Source: Squalus acanthias (Eukaryota). From it: 64,000 nt of DNA. Positions within the stretch are counted from its first letter, which is position 1. Each line of letters begins with the position of its first letter. The DNA lies in assembly GCA_030390025.1 (NCBI GenBank), contig JASTWF010000344.1, positions 1 to 64,000 of the forward strand. Reading direction: 5' to 3'. Both the position numbers and the translations under genes were made by a program. The notes beneath the pieces were generated by a model that saw only the letters and a program-made list of their open reading frames with translations, searched no databases and had not been told where the DNA came from. Positions 1-11,082 of the stretch are shown one piece after another.

Positions 1-184
1 CCCCCCCCCCCCCCCCAAGGTCACTAACCCTTCCCCCCCCCCCAAACCCCAGGGTCACTAACCCTCCCCCCCCCCCAAACCCCAGGGTCACTGACCTCGT
101 GGGGGGAGAGGAAGGAGAGGTGAGTGCGGAGGCTGCCACTCTGAGGGGAGTGGGTGGATTGATACTGCCACTTTGAGAACATCA

Positions 185-757
<573 letters not shown>

Positions 758-787
758 CTAGGCCCCGGGCTCCCGCCGCTCCCTCAC

Positions 788-812
788 CCGCCGCCGCTCC
801 GACTCTGAAAGA
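788..812 (-). other. UBA52: Predicted non-coding exon 1 of UBA52
   Basis: Minus strand reads tctttcagagtcggagcggcggcgg|gtgagg. It has a pyrimidine (TCT/TOP-like) start and a consensus donor at 787. The TSS is approximate. Confidence 0.65.
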
Positions 813-1010
813 CTGTGGGCTCCTCGCCGGAAACGGAAATACCCGGGCCGCACGTGGTATTGTTGCGTCATTTCCTTCCCGTCCACGCCGCGCCGGTTGG
901 CGTCCATCTTTGATACTGGCAACCGGTCACCATCCGGGCGTCCGGCTGTGCCCGGCCCCGCCCCCTCGGGGGTTCCTGCCCGGCCCCGCCCCCTCGGGGG
1001 TTCCCCCCAG
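813..1010 (-). promoter_or_regulatory. CpG-rich UBA52 promoter
   Basis: Tandem ETS-like CGGAA sites (827-839), E-box CACGTG (851-856), TGCGTCA (864-870), YY1-like CCATCTT (904-910), and a duplicated 28-bp GC-box unit (949-1004). Confidence 0.65.
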
Positions 1011-1027
1011 TAAACCAGCTCCTCTGG

Positions 1028-1117
1028 TGATATATAAATAACCGGACTGGGGTACAGGGAGTACAATTTCAAAGTTTGCAGATGATGCAAAACTTGTCAG
1101 AGTAGTAAACAGTGAGG
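1028..1117 (+). mobile_element. Old CR1 RT fragment
   Basis: Degenerate ..ISKFADDAKL.. coding remnant. Confidence 0.6.
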
Positions 1118-1689
1118 TACATAATTTGATTAACACTAAACTAATTAATTAAATAAGTAAAATAATGGGAGAACAGGAGACGTGTTGCTCCTGCAATATG
1201 TGGGAGCTTGTGGACATTTTTGTCCAGGGCGACTACATCCGCGGTAAGTGTCTGCGGCTCGAGGAACTTCGGCTCCGAGTTGAAGAGCTGGAGTCCGATC
1301 TGCAGACATTGCGAGACATCAGGGTGGGAGAAAGTTACCTGGACCTTTGCTGCAGGAGGCAGCCACACCCCTTAAGATTAAATACTTTAGAATTGACACG
1401 TGGTCAGGGACAGGAGGATGTGACTGCGAGTGAGGCAGGTATGGGGATCCAGGAGGTAGTATTGCAGGAGCCTCAGTCCCTGCACTTGTCCAATAGATTC
1501 CAGGTTCTTGCAACCCTGTGGACAGGTGCGGGGACTGCGGGGAGGACGAGCAAACTGACCACGGCACCGTGGTACAGGAAGCCGTTCAAGTGGGGGGAGT
1601 AAAAAGGAAAGTGGTTGTAGTAGGCGACAGTATAGTTAGGGGGGTAGACACTGTTCTCTACAGCCAGGAGCATGGGTCCGGAAGGCTAT

Positions 1690-1841
1690 TACAATAGCAA
1701 AATACTGCGGATGCTGGAAATCCGAAATAACAACAGAAAACGCTGGAAAAATTCAGCAGGCCAGGCAGCATCCGTGGAGAAGAAACACAGTTAACGTTTC
1801 AGGTCGAAGGCCTGAGTTTTTCCAGCGTTTTCTGTTGTTAT
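1690..1841 (-). mobile_element. Short Penelope-like terminal fragment inserted in CR1 ORF1
   Basis: 13-bp TSD tccggaaggctat (1677-1689 / 1842-1854). Homologous to 21464-21545. Contains an internal ~30-bp inverted duplication. Confidence 0.8.
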
Positions 1842-4800
1842 TCCGGAAGGCTATGTTGCCTAACCGGTGCCAGGATAAAGGACATCACCTCCGGGCTGGA
1901 GAAGAACTTGGAATGGGAGGGGGAGGATCCAGTTGTAGTGGTCCACGTAGGTACCAACGACATAGGTAGGACAAAGAAAGAGGGTCTGCTGAGAGAGTTT
2001 GAGCAGCTAGGGACTAAATTAAAAAGCAGAACCACAAAGGTCATAATCTCTGGATTATTACCGGAGCCACGAGCAAATTGGCATTGGGTCAATAGGATCA
2101 GGGAGATGAATGCGTGGCTCAAAGATTGGTGTGGGAGAAGTGGGTTTCGATTCGTGGGGCACTGGCACCAGTACTGGGGAAAGAGAGAGCTGTTCCGTTG
2201 GGACGGACTACACCTGAACCATGATGGGACCAGAGTTCTAGCGAGTCGAATAACTAGGGAGGTAGATGGGGCTTTAAACTAAATAAGGTGGTGGGGGGGG
2301 GGGTTCCCGGTGGAGAGAAATCTAGAATGCTAAAAAGAAAAGATAAGGAAGCAGTGCAGGAAAGTGATTGGGGTAAGGATAACCAGATTGTGTCAGGAAG
2401 GGACAGAGTGTACAAACAAAGGAGTGCACTAACAAATAGGGTCCGGGTAAGAAAAAATGGTAATAAGACAAATAGGGCCATAGTACAAAAAAAAGTTAAG
2501 ATGTCTAAAAATGTTAAGACAAATCTAAAGGCACTGTATATGAATGCACGAAGCATTCGTAATAAGGTAGACGAATTAACAGCGCAAATAGATGTAAACG
2601 GATACGATATAATTGCGATTACGGAGACATGGCTGCAGGGTGACCGAGGCTGGGAGCTGAATATCCAAGGATATTCGATATTTAGGAAGGACAGGCAAAA
2701 AGGAAAAGGAGGTGTGGTTTCGTTGTTAGTAAAAGATGAAATCAGAGCAATAGTGAGAAAGGATATTGGCTCAAAAAATAAAGATGTAGAATCAGTCTGG
2801 GTGGAGCTAAGAAGCACCAAGGGGCAGAAAACATTGGTGGGAGTTGTCTATAGGCCTCCAAACAGTAGTGGTAATGTAGGGGATGGCATCAAACAGGAAA
2901 TTAGAGATGCATGTAACAAGGGTACTACAGTAATCATGGGTGACTTTAATCTACATATAGACTGGCCAAACCAAATTAGCAATAATACTGTGGAGGGTGA
3001 ATTCCTGGAGTGTGTACGAGATGGCTTTTTAGACCAGTACATTGAGGAGCCAACTAGGGAACAGGCTATCCTAGATTGGGTATTGTGCAATGAGAAGGGG
3101 TTAATTAATAATCTTGTTGTGCGGGGTCCTTTAGGGAAGAGTGATCGTAACATGATAGAATTCTTCATTAAGATGGAAAGTGAAGAAGTCCAATCCGAAA
3201 CTAGGGTCCTAAATCTAAACAAAGGAAACTACGAAGGTATGAGGAGTGAGTTGGCTATGATAGATTGGGGAGCTTCGTTAAAAGGCATGACGGTGGCTAG
3301 GCAATGGCTAACATTTAAGGAACGAATGCATGAATTGCAACAGTTATACATTCCTTTCTGGCGCAAAAACACAAAAGGAAAAGCGGTCCAACCATGGCTA
3401 ACAAAAGAAATTAAGGATAGTATTAGATCCAAAGAGGAGTCATATAAAGTTGCCAGAAAAAGTAGTAAGCCTGAGGGAGCAGTTTAGAGTTCAGCAAAAA
3501 AGGACCAAGAGATTGATTAAGAGGGGAAAAATAGAGTATGAGAGTAAACTTGCAAGGAACATAAAAGCGAATTGTAAAAGCTTCTACAAGTATGTAAAAA
3601 GAAAAAGATTAGTGAAGACAAATGTAGGTCCCTTACAGTAAGAAACGGGAGAATTTATAATGGGGAACAAGGAAATGGCAGAGCAATTAAACAAATACTT
3701 TGGTTCTGTCTTCACAGAAGAGGACACAAATAACTTCCCAGAAATGCTTTGGAACCAAGGGTCTAGTGAGAAGGAGGAATTAAAGGAAATTAGTATTAGT
3801 TAAAAAAAATGCTGGAGAAATTAATGGGACTGAAAACTGATAAATCCCCAGGGCCTGATAATCTGCATCCCAGAGTACTAAAAGAGGTAGCCATGGAAAT
3901 AGTGGATGCATTGGTTGTCATCTTCCAAAATTCTATAGATTATGGAACAGTTCCTGCAGATTGGAGGGTGGCAAATGTAACCCCACTATTTAAAAAAGGA
4001 GGGAGCGAGAAAACAGGGAACTACAGACCGGTTAGCCTAACATCAGTAGTAGGGAAAATGCTAGTGTCTATTATAAAGGATGTGATAACAGGACACTTAG
4101 AAAATATCAACGGGATTAGACAAAGTCAACATTGATTTATGAAAGGGAAATCGTGTTTGACAAACCTACTGGAGTTTTTTGAGGATGTAACTGGTAGAAT
4201 AGACAATGGAGAACCAGTGGATGTGGTGTATTTGGATTTTCAGAAGGCCTTTGATAAAGTCCCACATAAGAGGTTAGTGTGCAAAATTAAAGCACATGGG
4301 ATTGGGGGTAATATACTGGCATGGATTGAAAATTGGTTAACAGACAGGAAACAGAGAGTAGGAATAAATGGGTCTTTTTCGGGGTGGCAGGCGATGACTA
4401 GTGGGGTACCGCAGGGATCAGTGCTTGGACCCCAGCTATTCACAATATATATCAATGATTTGGATGAAGGAACCAAATGTAATATTTCCAAGTTTGCTGA
4501 CGACACGAAACTAGGTGGAACTGAGAGTTGTGAGGAGGATGCAAAGAGGCTTCAAGGCGATTTAGACAGGTCGAGTGAGTGGGCAAATACATGGCAGATG
4601 CAGTATAACGTGGATAAATGTGAAGTTATCCTCTTCGGTAGGAAAAACAGAAAGGCAGAGTATTATTTAAATAGTGATAGATTGGGAAATGTTGATGTAC
4701 AAAGGGACCTGGGTGTCCTTGTACACCAGTCACTGAAAGCAAACATGCAGGTGCAGCAAGCAGTTAGGAAGGCAGATGGTATGTTGGCCTTCATTGCAAG

Positions 4801-4845
4801 AGGATTTGAGTACAGGAGCAAGGATGTCTTATTACAGTTATACAG

Positions 4846-4970
4846 AAATGAGAAGTCGCACAACACCAGGTTATAGTCCAACAGTTTTATTTGAAATCAC
4901 AAGCTTTCGGAGCTTACGTGGCCCCTTCCTCAGGTGAAGTAAAGAAATACAGAATCGACAAAGCATATAC
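4846..4970 (-). mobile_element. Short Penelope-like terminal fragment (second family) inserted in CR1 ORF2
   Basis: 12-bp TSD acagttatacag (4834-4845 / 4971-4982). Homologous to the arms of 58143-58600. Confidence 0.8.
4897..4937 (-). ncRNA. Minimal type I hammerhead ribozyme motif
   Basis: Minus strand: ucac-CUGAGGA-a-ggggc(cacguaa)gcucc-GAAA-gc-UU-guga. Core boxes, stem I and stem II all present. Confidence 0.7.
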
Positions 4971-5629
4971 ACAGTTATACAGGGCCTTGGTGAGACCACA
5001 CCTGGAGTACTGTGTGCAGTTTTGGTCTCCTTACCTAAGAAAGGATAGACTTGCCATAGAGGGAGTGCAGCGAAGGTTCACCAGACTGATTCCTGGGATG
5101 GCAGGACTGTCGTATCAGGAGAGATTGGGTCGACTAGGCCTGTATTCACGAGAGTTTAGAAGAATGAGAGGGGATCTCATTGAAACGTATAAAATTCTGA
5201 CAGGGCTAGACAGACTGGATGCAGGGAGGATGTTTCCCCTGGCTGGGGGGGTCTAGAACGAGGGGTCACAGTCTCAGGATATGGGGTAGGACATTTAGGA
5301 CTGAGATGAGGAGAAATTTCTTCACTCAGAGGGTGGTGAACCTGTGGAATTCTCTACCACAGAAGGCTGTGGAGGCCAAGTCACTGAATATATTTAAGAA
5401 GGAGATAGATAGATTTCTAGACACAAAAGGCATCAAGGGGTATGGGTAGAGAGCGGGAATATGGTATTGAGATAGAGGATCAGCCATGATCATATTGAAT
5501 GGCGGAGCAGGCTCGAAGGGCCGAATGGCCAACTCCTGCTCCTATTTTTCTATGTTGTAAATACAAGTTGTTGTTGTTGTGGCAGCAGACTACAGCAGGA
5601 CAGAGACAGGCTGGTGAAATGGGCAGAAA

Positions 5630-5775
5630 TGGGATCTTACTGTGCAAAAATTGGCTGCCACGTTTGACTAGAGAACAATCTGACTGTTCTTCAAAAGCAA
5701 TTTATTGGCTGTGAAACGCTTTGAGGCATCCTGAGGATTGAAAAGTGCTTTAGAAATACAGAAATACAAGTTCCT
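5630..5775 (+). mobile_element. SINE 3' tail fragment
   Basis: Similar to 10010-10150 (ctgtgcaaaaattggctgcc..attggctgtgaaacgcttt..aaatacaag). Confidence 0.6.
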
Positions 5776-5884
5776 CTTAATTTCACTCCCACAGCAGGTG
5801 GCGCCCACAGCCCACACTCCATCTAGGATCCCACGAGTCTGCATCGCCAGCGCATGTATTAAAGGGGCACTGTCGCTGTAGTGT

Positions 5885-8045
5885 CGCACAAACCTTGTGG
5901 AGATGAAGTCCCGTCTTCACACTGAGGACACCCTCCATCATGTTGTGTGGCACTACCACCATGCTAAATGGGATAGATTCAGAACAGATCTAGCAGCTCA
6001 AAACTGGGCATCCATGAGGCGCTGTGGGCCATCAGCACAATCTGTAACCTCATGGCCCGGCATATCCCTCACTCTACCATTACCATCAAGCCAGGGGACC
6101 AACCCTGGTTCAATAAGGAGAGTAGAAGAGCATGCCAGGAGCAGCACCAGGCGTACCTAAAAATGAGGTGCCAACCTGGGGAAGCTGCAACACAGGACTA
6201 CATGCATGCTAAAAAGCGGAAGCAGCATGCTATAGACAAGGCTAAGCGATCCCACAATCAACAGATCAGATCAAAGCTCTGCAGTCCTGCCACATCCAGT
6301 CATGAATGGTGGTGGACAATTAAACAACTAACGGGAGGAGGAGGCTCCATGAATATCCCCATCCTCAATGATGGTGGAGCCCAGCACGTGAGTGCAAAAG
6401 ACAAGGCTGAAGCATTTGCAACCATCTTCAGCCAGAAGTGCCGAGTGGATGATCCATATCAGCCTCCTCCTGAGGTCCCCACCATCACAGAAGCCAGTCT
6501 TCAGCCAATTCGATTCACTCCACGTGCTATCAAGAAACGGCTGAGCGCACTGGATACAGTGGGCCCCTGACAATATCCCAGCTGTAGGGCTGAAGACTTG
6601 TGCTCCAGAACTAGCCGCGCCTCTAGCCAAGCTGTTCCAGTACAGCTACAACACTGGCATCTACCCGACAATGTGGAAAACTGACCAGGTATGTCCTGTT
6701 CACAAAAAGCTGGACAAATCCAATCCGGCCAATTACCACCCCATCAGTCTACTCTCAATCATCAGCAAAGTGATTGAAGGTGTTGTCGACAGTGCTATCA
6801 AGCGGCACTTACTCACCAATAACCTGCTCACTGATGCCCAGTTTGGGTTCTGCCAGGACCATTCGGCTCCAGATCTCCTTACAGCTTTGGTCCAAACATG
6901 AACAAAAGAGCTGAATTCCAGAGGTGAGGTGAGAGTGACTGCCCTTGACATCAAGGCAGCATTTGACCGAGTGTAGCATCAAGGAGCCCGAGTAAAACTG
7001 AAGTCAATGGGAATCGGGGGGAAAACTCTCCACTGGCTGGAGTCATACCGAGCACAAAGGAAGATGGTTGTGGTGATTGAAGGTCAATCATCACAGCCCC
7101 AGGACATTGCTGCAGGAGTTCCTCAGGGCAGTGTCCTGGGCCCAACCATCTTCAGCTGCTTTATCAATGACCTTCCCTCCAACATAAGGTCAGAAGTGGG
7201 GATGTTCGCTGATGATTACACAGTGTTCAGCGCCATTCACAGCTCCTCACATAATGAAGCAGTCAATGCCCACATGCAACAAGACCTTGAGCTGATAAGT
7301 GGCAGGTAACATTCGTGCCACACAAGTGCCAGGCAATGAATATGTCCAACAAGCGAGAGTCTAACCACTGCCCCTTGACATCCCTCACCATCACCATTGA
7401 CTAGAAACTTAACTGGACCAGCCACATAAATACTGTGGCTACAAGAGCAGGTCAGAGGCTGGGTATTCTGCGGCGAGTGTCTCACCTCCTGACTCCCCAA
7501 AGCCTTTCCACCATCTACAAGGCACAAGTAAGGAGTGTGATGGAATACTCTCCACTTGCCTGGATGAGTGCAGCTCCAACAACACTCAAGAAGCTCGACA
7601 CCATCCAGGACAAAGCAGCCCGCTTGATTGGCACCCCATCCACCACCTTCAACATTTACTCCCTCCACCACCAGCGTACCGTGGCTGCAGTGTGTACCAT
7701 CTACAAGATGCACTGCAGCAACTCGCCAAGGCTTCTTCGGCAGCACCTCCCAAACCCGCGACCTCTTCCACCTAGAAGGACAAGGGCAGCAGGTGCATGG
7801 GAACACCACTACCTCCAAGTCACACACCATCCTGACTTGGAAATATATCGCCGTTCCTTCATCGTCACTGGGTCAAAATCCTGGAACTCCCTCCCTAACA
7901 GCACTGTGGGAGCACCTTCACCACACGGACTGCAGCGGTTCAAGAAGGCGGCTCACCACCACCTTCTCAAGGGCAGTTAGGGATGGGCAATAAATGCTGG
8001 CCTTGCCAGCGACGCCCAGATCCCATAAGTAAATTTAAAAAAGTT
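5885..8045 (+). mobile_element. 5'-truncated degenerate LINE (CR1/L2 group, a family distinct from the other CR1s)
   Basis: Broken ORF2 with PWFN, NYHPISLLS, GVPQGSVLGP, MFADD, RSVMEY. A-rich 3' end. Confidence 0.9.
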
Positions 8046-8163
8046 GTTGTTGTAGTGTGGCTACATTTAAAGGGGCAGTGTCGCTGAATAATATGGTAAC
8101 TGTTGCTCTATTAAAAGAACAGTATTTCTGGATTAATGAGCATTATCCCTGTACTAAAGGGAA

Positions 8164-8292
8164 GGGGATAGAATTCTGCTGCCTGTTATAGGCCCCGACC
8201 GATATCCAGTTCCACTGACATCAATGAGACTAAATGTCTGGCGGGCCGATGACAGGCATTTTGCGCTGCTGCCCGGAATCAATTTCTACCCC
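8164..8292. mobile_element. Small element with imperfect terminal inverted repeats (MITE-like)
   Basis: ggggatagaatt ... aatttctacccc (imperfect 12-bp TIR). Confidence 0.4.
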
Positions 8293-8361
8293 AATGTGTC
8301 TTGTGCTAAAGGAGCATTGCTGCATTATAGAGCACTCTCATAGTAAAGGGGCAAAATTACA

Positions 8362-10150
8362 GTGTCAGCCGGGGCTCACTGGGTCGCACTCTCGACTCTG
8401 AGACAGAGGTTGTGGGTTCAAGTCCCACTCCAGAGAATTGAGCACAAAAATCCAGGCTGACACTCCAGTGCAGTACTGAGGGAGTGCTGCACTGTCGGAG
8501 TGGCAGTACTGAGGGAGTGCTGCACTATCGGAGAGGCAGTACTGAGGGAGCGCTGCACTGTCGGAGAGGCAGTACTGAGGGAGCGCTGCACTGTCGGAGA
8601 GGCAGTACTGAGGGAGCGCTGCACTGTCGGAGGGGCAGTACTGAGGGAGCGCCGCACTGTCGGAGAGGCAGTACTGAGGGAGCGCCGCACTGTCGGAGAG
8701 ACAGTACTGAGGGAGCGCCGCACTGTCGGAGGGGCAGTACTGAGGGAGTGCTGCACTGTCGGAGGGGCAGTACTGAGGGAGCGCCGCACTGTCGGAGGGG
8801 CAGTACTGAGGGAGCGCTGCACTGTCGGAGGGGCAGTACTGAGGGAGCGCTGCACTGTCGGAGGGGCAGTACTGAGGGAGCGCTGCACTGTCGGAGGGGC
8901 AGTACTGAGGGAACGCTGCACTGTCGGTGGGGCAGTACTGAGGGAGCGCTGCACTGTCAGAGAGGCAGTACTGAGGGAGCGCTGCACTGTCGGAGGGGCA
9001 GTATTGAGGGAGTGCCGCACTGTCAGAGGGGCAGTACTGAGGGAGCGCTGCACTGTCAGAGGGGCAGTACTGAGGGAGTGCCGCACTGTCAGAGGGGCAG
9101 TACTGAGGGAGCGCTGCACTATCGGAGGGGTAGTACTGAGGGAGCGCTGCACTGTCGGAGGGGCAGTAGTGAGGGAGTGCTGCACTGTCGGAGGGGCAGT
9201 ACTGAGGGAGTGCTGCACTGTCAGAGGGGCAGTACTGAGGGAGCACCGCACTGTCGGAGGGGCAGTACTGTGGGAGCGCCGCACTGTCGGAGGGGCAGTA
9301 CTGAGGGAGAGCTGCACTGTCTGAGGGGCAGTACTGAGGGAGCGCTGCACTGTCGGAGGGGCAGTACTGAGGGAGCGCTGCACTGTCGGAGGGGCAGTAC
9401 TGTGGGAGCGCTGCACTGTCGGATGGGCAGTACTGAGGGAGCGCCGCACTATCGGAGGGGCAGTACTGAGGGAGCGCTGCACTGTCGGAGGGGCAGTACT
9501 GAGGGAGCGCTGCACTGTCGGAGGGGCAGTACTGAGGGAGCGCTGCACTGTCGGAGGGGCAGTACTGAGGGAACGCTGCACTGTCGGTGGGGCAGTACTG
9601 AGGGAGCGCTGCACTGTCAGAGGGGCAGTACTGAGGGAGCGCTGCACTGTCGGAGGGGCAGTATTGAGGGAGTGCCGCACTGTCAGAGGGACAGTACTGA
9701 GGGAGCGCTGCACTGTCAGAGGGGCAGTACTGAGGGAGCGCTGCACTATCGGAGGGGTAGTACTGAGGGAGCGCTGCACTGTCGGAGGGGCAGTAGTGAG
9801 GGAGCGCTGCACTGTCGGAGGGGCCGCCTTTCAGATGAGACGTTAAACCGAGGCCCCCGTCTGCTCTCTCGGGTGGATGTAAAAGCTCACACGGCCACTA
9901 TTTCGAAGAAGAGCAGGGGGGAGTTCTCCCCGGAGTCCTGGGACCAATATTTATCCCTCAGCCAACATCACTAAAAAAAAGATTATCTGCTTATTTCTCA
10001 TTACTGTTTGTGAGAGCTTGCTGTGCACAAATTGGCTGCTGCGTTTCCTACATTACAACAGTGACTACACTGCTAAAGTACTTAATTGGCTGTAAAGCAC
10101 TTTGGGATGTCCTGAGGTGGTGAAAGGCGCTATAGAAATGCAAGTCTTTC
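8362..10150 (+). mobile_element. tRNA-derived Deu-domain SINE (SacSINE1-like) with internal tandem expansion
   Basis: B-box-like ggttcaagtccc (~8415); central gatgagacgttaaaccgaggcccc..gaagagcaggggg domain; L2-type tail aaaggcgctatagaaatgcaag. Family name is from recognition, not a database search. Confidence 0.75.
8471..9822 (+). repeat. 33-bp minisatellite (~41 copies) inside the SINE
   Basis: Unit cagtactgagggagcgctgcactgtcggagggg. Confidence 0.95.
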
Positions 10151-11082
10151 TATCACAGCCACATCTGATCCGGGCCACACCCAACAAGCTCTGGGCAGCA
10201 GCGTGGCTGGTTTCCTCCCTCACCCAGTGTAAAAACAACACATTAACTACACCCGCCGTCTCTTATTTTACTGGCTGTCCATGAAGTTTGCTCCGGTGGG
10301 GTTTTGTAATTTTTCCTGCACAAACAACAGAAAGTAAAATGCCGACACAAACCTCAGATATACTGCGGGCTGCGCCCTGCACACTGAGCCTTGCGTCACA
10401 TTTTGAACCAGTGCCAAACCCACCGACTGAAGAAACAAGACTGGAGGCAGCGGAGTCCAAGACAGCAGCTGAGGAGGGGCGGGGTTGCTCAATCCCTGCT
10501 TCTTGTGGCTGTTGTTTGTTGGGGTCGGAAGGTTGTCAGAGTAACTGTGAACAGACGCTGTGTTTATTCACCGCCACACCCTGCCAGAGCCTCAGACAGG
10601 ATCAGCACATGGAAGCTGGCCCCTGAATACTCACAGCCTCTGCTCAGAAAGCTCACCGCGCGTTGCTGCTGTCACTAAAGTTGCTGAAAGTACAACATTT
10701 CTGCTGCTTTTTAAAAAATCTTTGACGTAACTTAGTGTTAAAGCCTCCTGTAAAAATACCCCAGTGTCAGACCGTGCCCTTAACTCGCAGTCTGCATTTT
10801 ATTGAAACTTGCCAAATTTTACAGAGCAGCGCCTGTTCTGGGAGATCTGACTCATTCACTTCTGTTCCAGAATGTTCCAACTTGATTTAGGGGAAAACAG
10901 ATTTTCAGTTTGTTCCTTAAAACTTTTTACCATCAGTATTTCAAATCAAGCAGATTAAATCTTTGTAGAAAAATATAAATAAATGGGGCCTGTGAGGTGC
11001 ATTGACCCACAGCAGAACCCAGCCCCTCATTTGGTACGGAGAAAGGAGACAGGGCAGTGGGGGGAGATTGAGGCACATTATT

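Larger units (their letters stand above)
1118..5556 (+). mobile_element. Near-full-length defective CR1 LINE (ORF1 zinc-finger/zipper + SGNH esterase; ORF2 APE endonuclease + RT)
   Basis: ORF1 remnants: CCSC..GKC, leucine heptads, VVGDSIVRG, VHVGTNDIG, DGLHL. ORF2 motifs: NARSIRNK, ITETW, GDFN, QGSVLGP, FADD. CR1 3' tail. Several stops/frameshifts and two nested insertions. Confidence 0.95.

Noticed and set aside
8365..8430. tRNA gene
   Set aside because: tRNA-like SINE head only; no complete cloverleaf.
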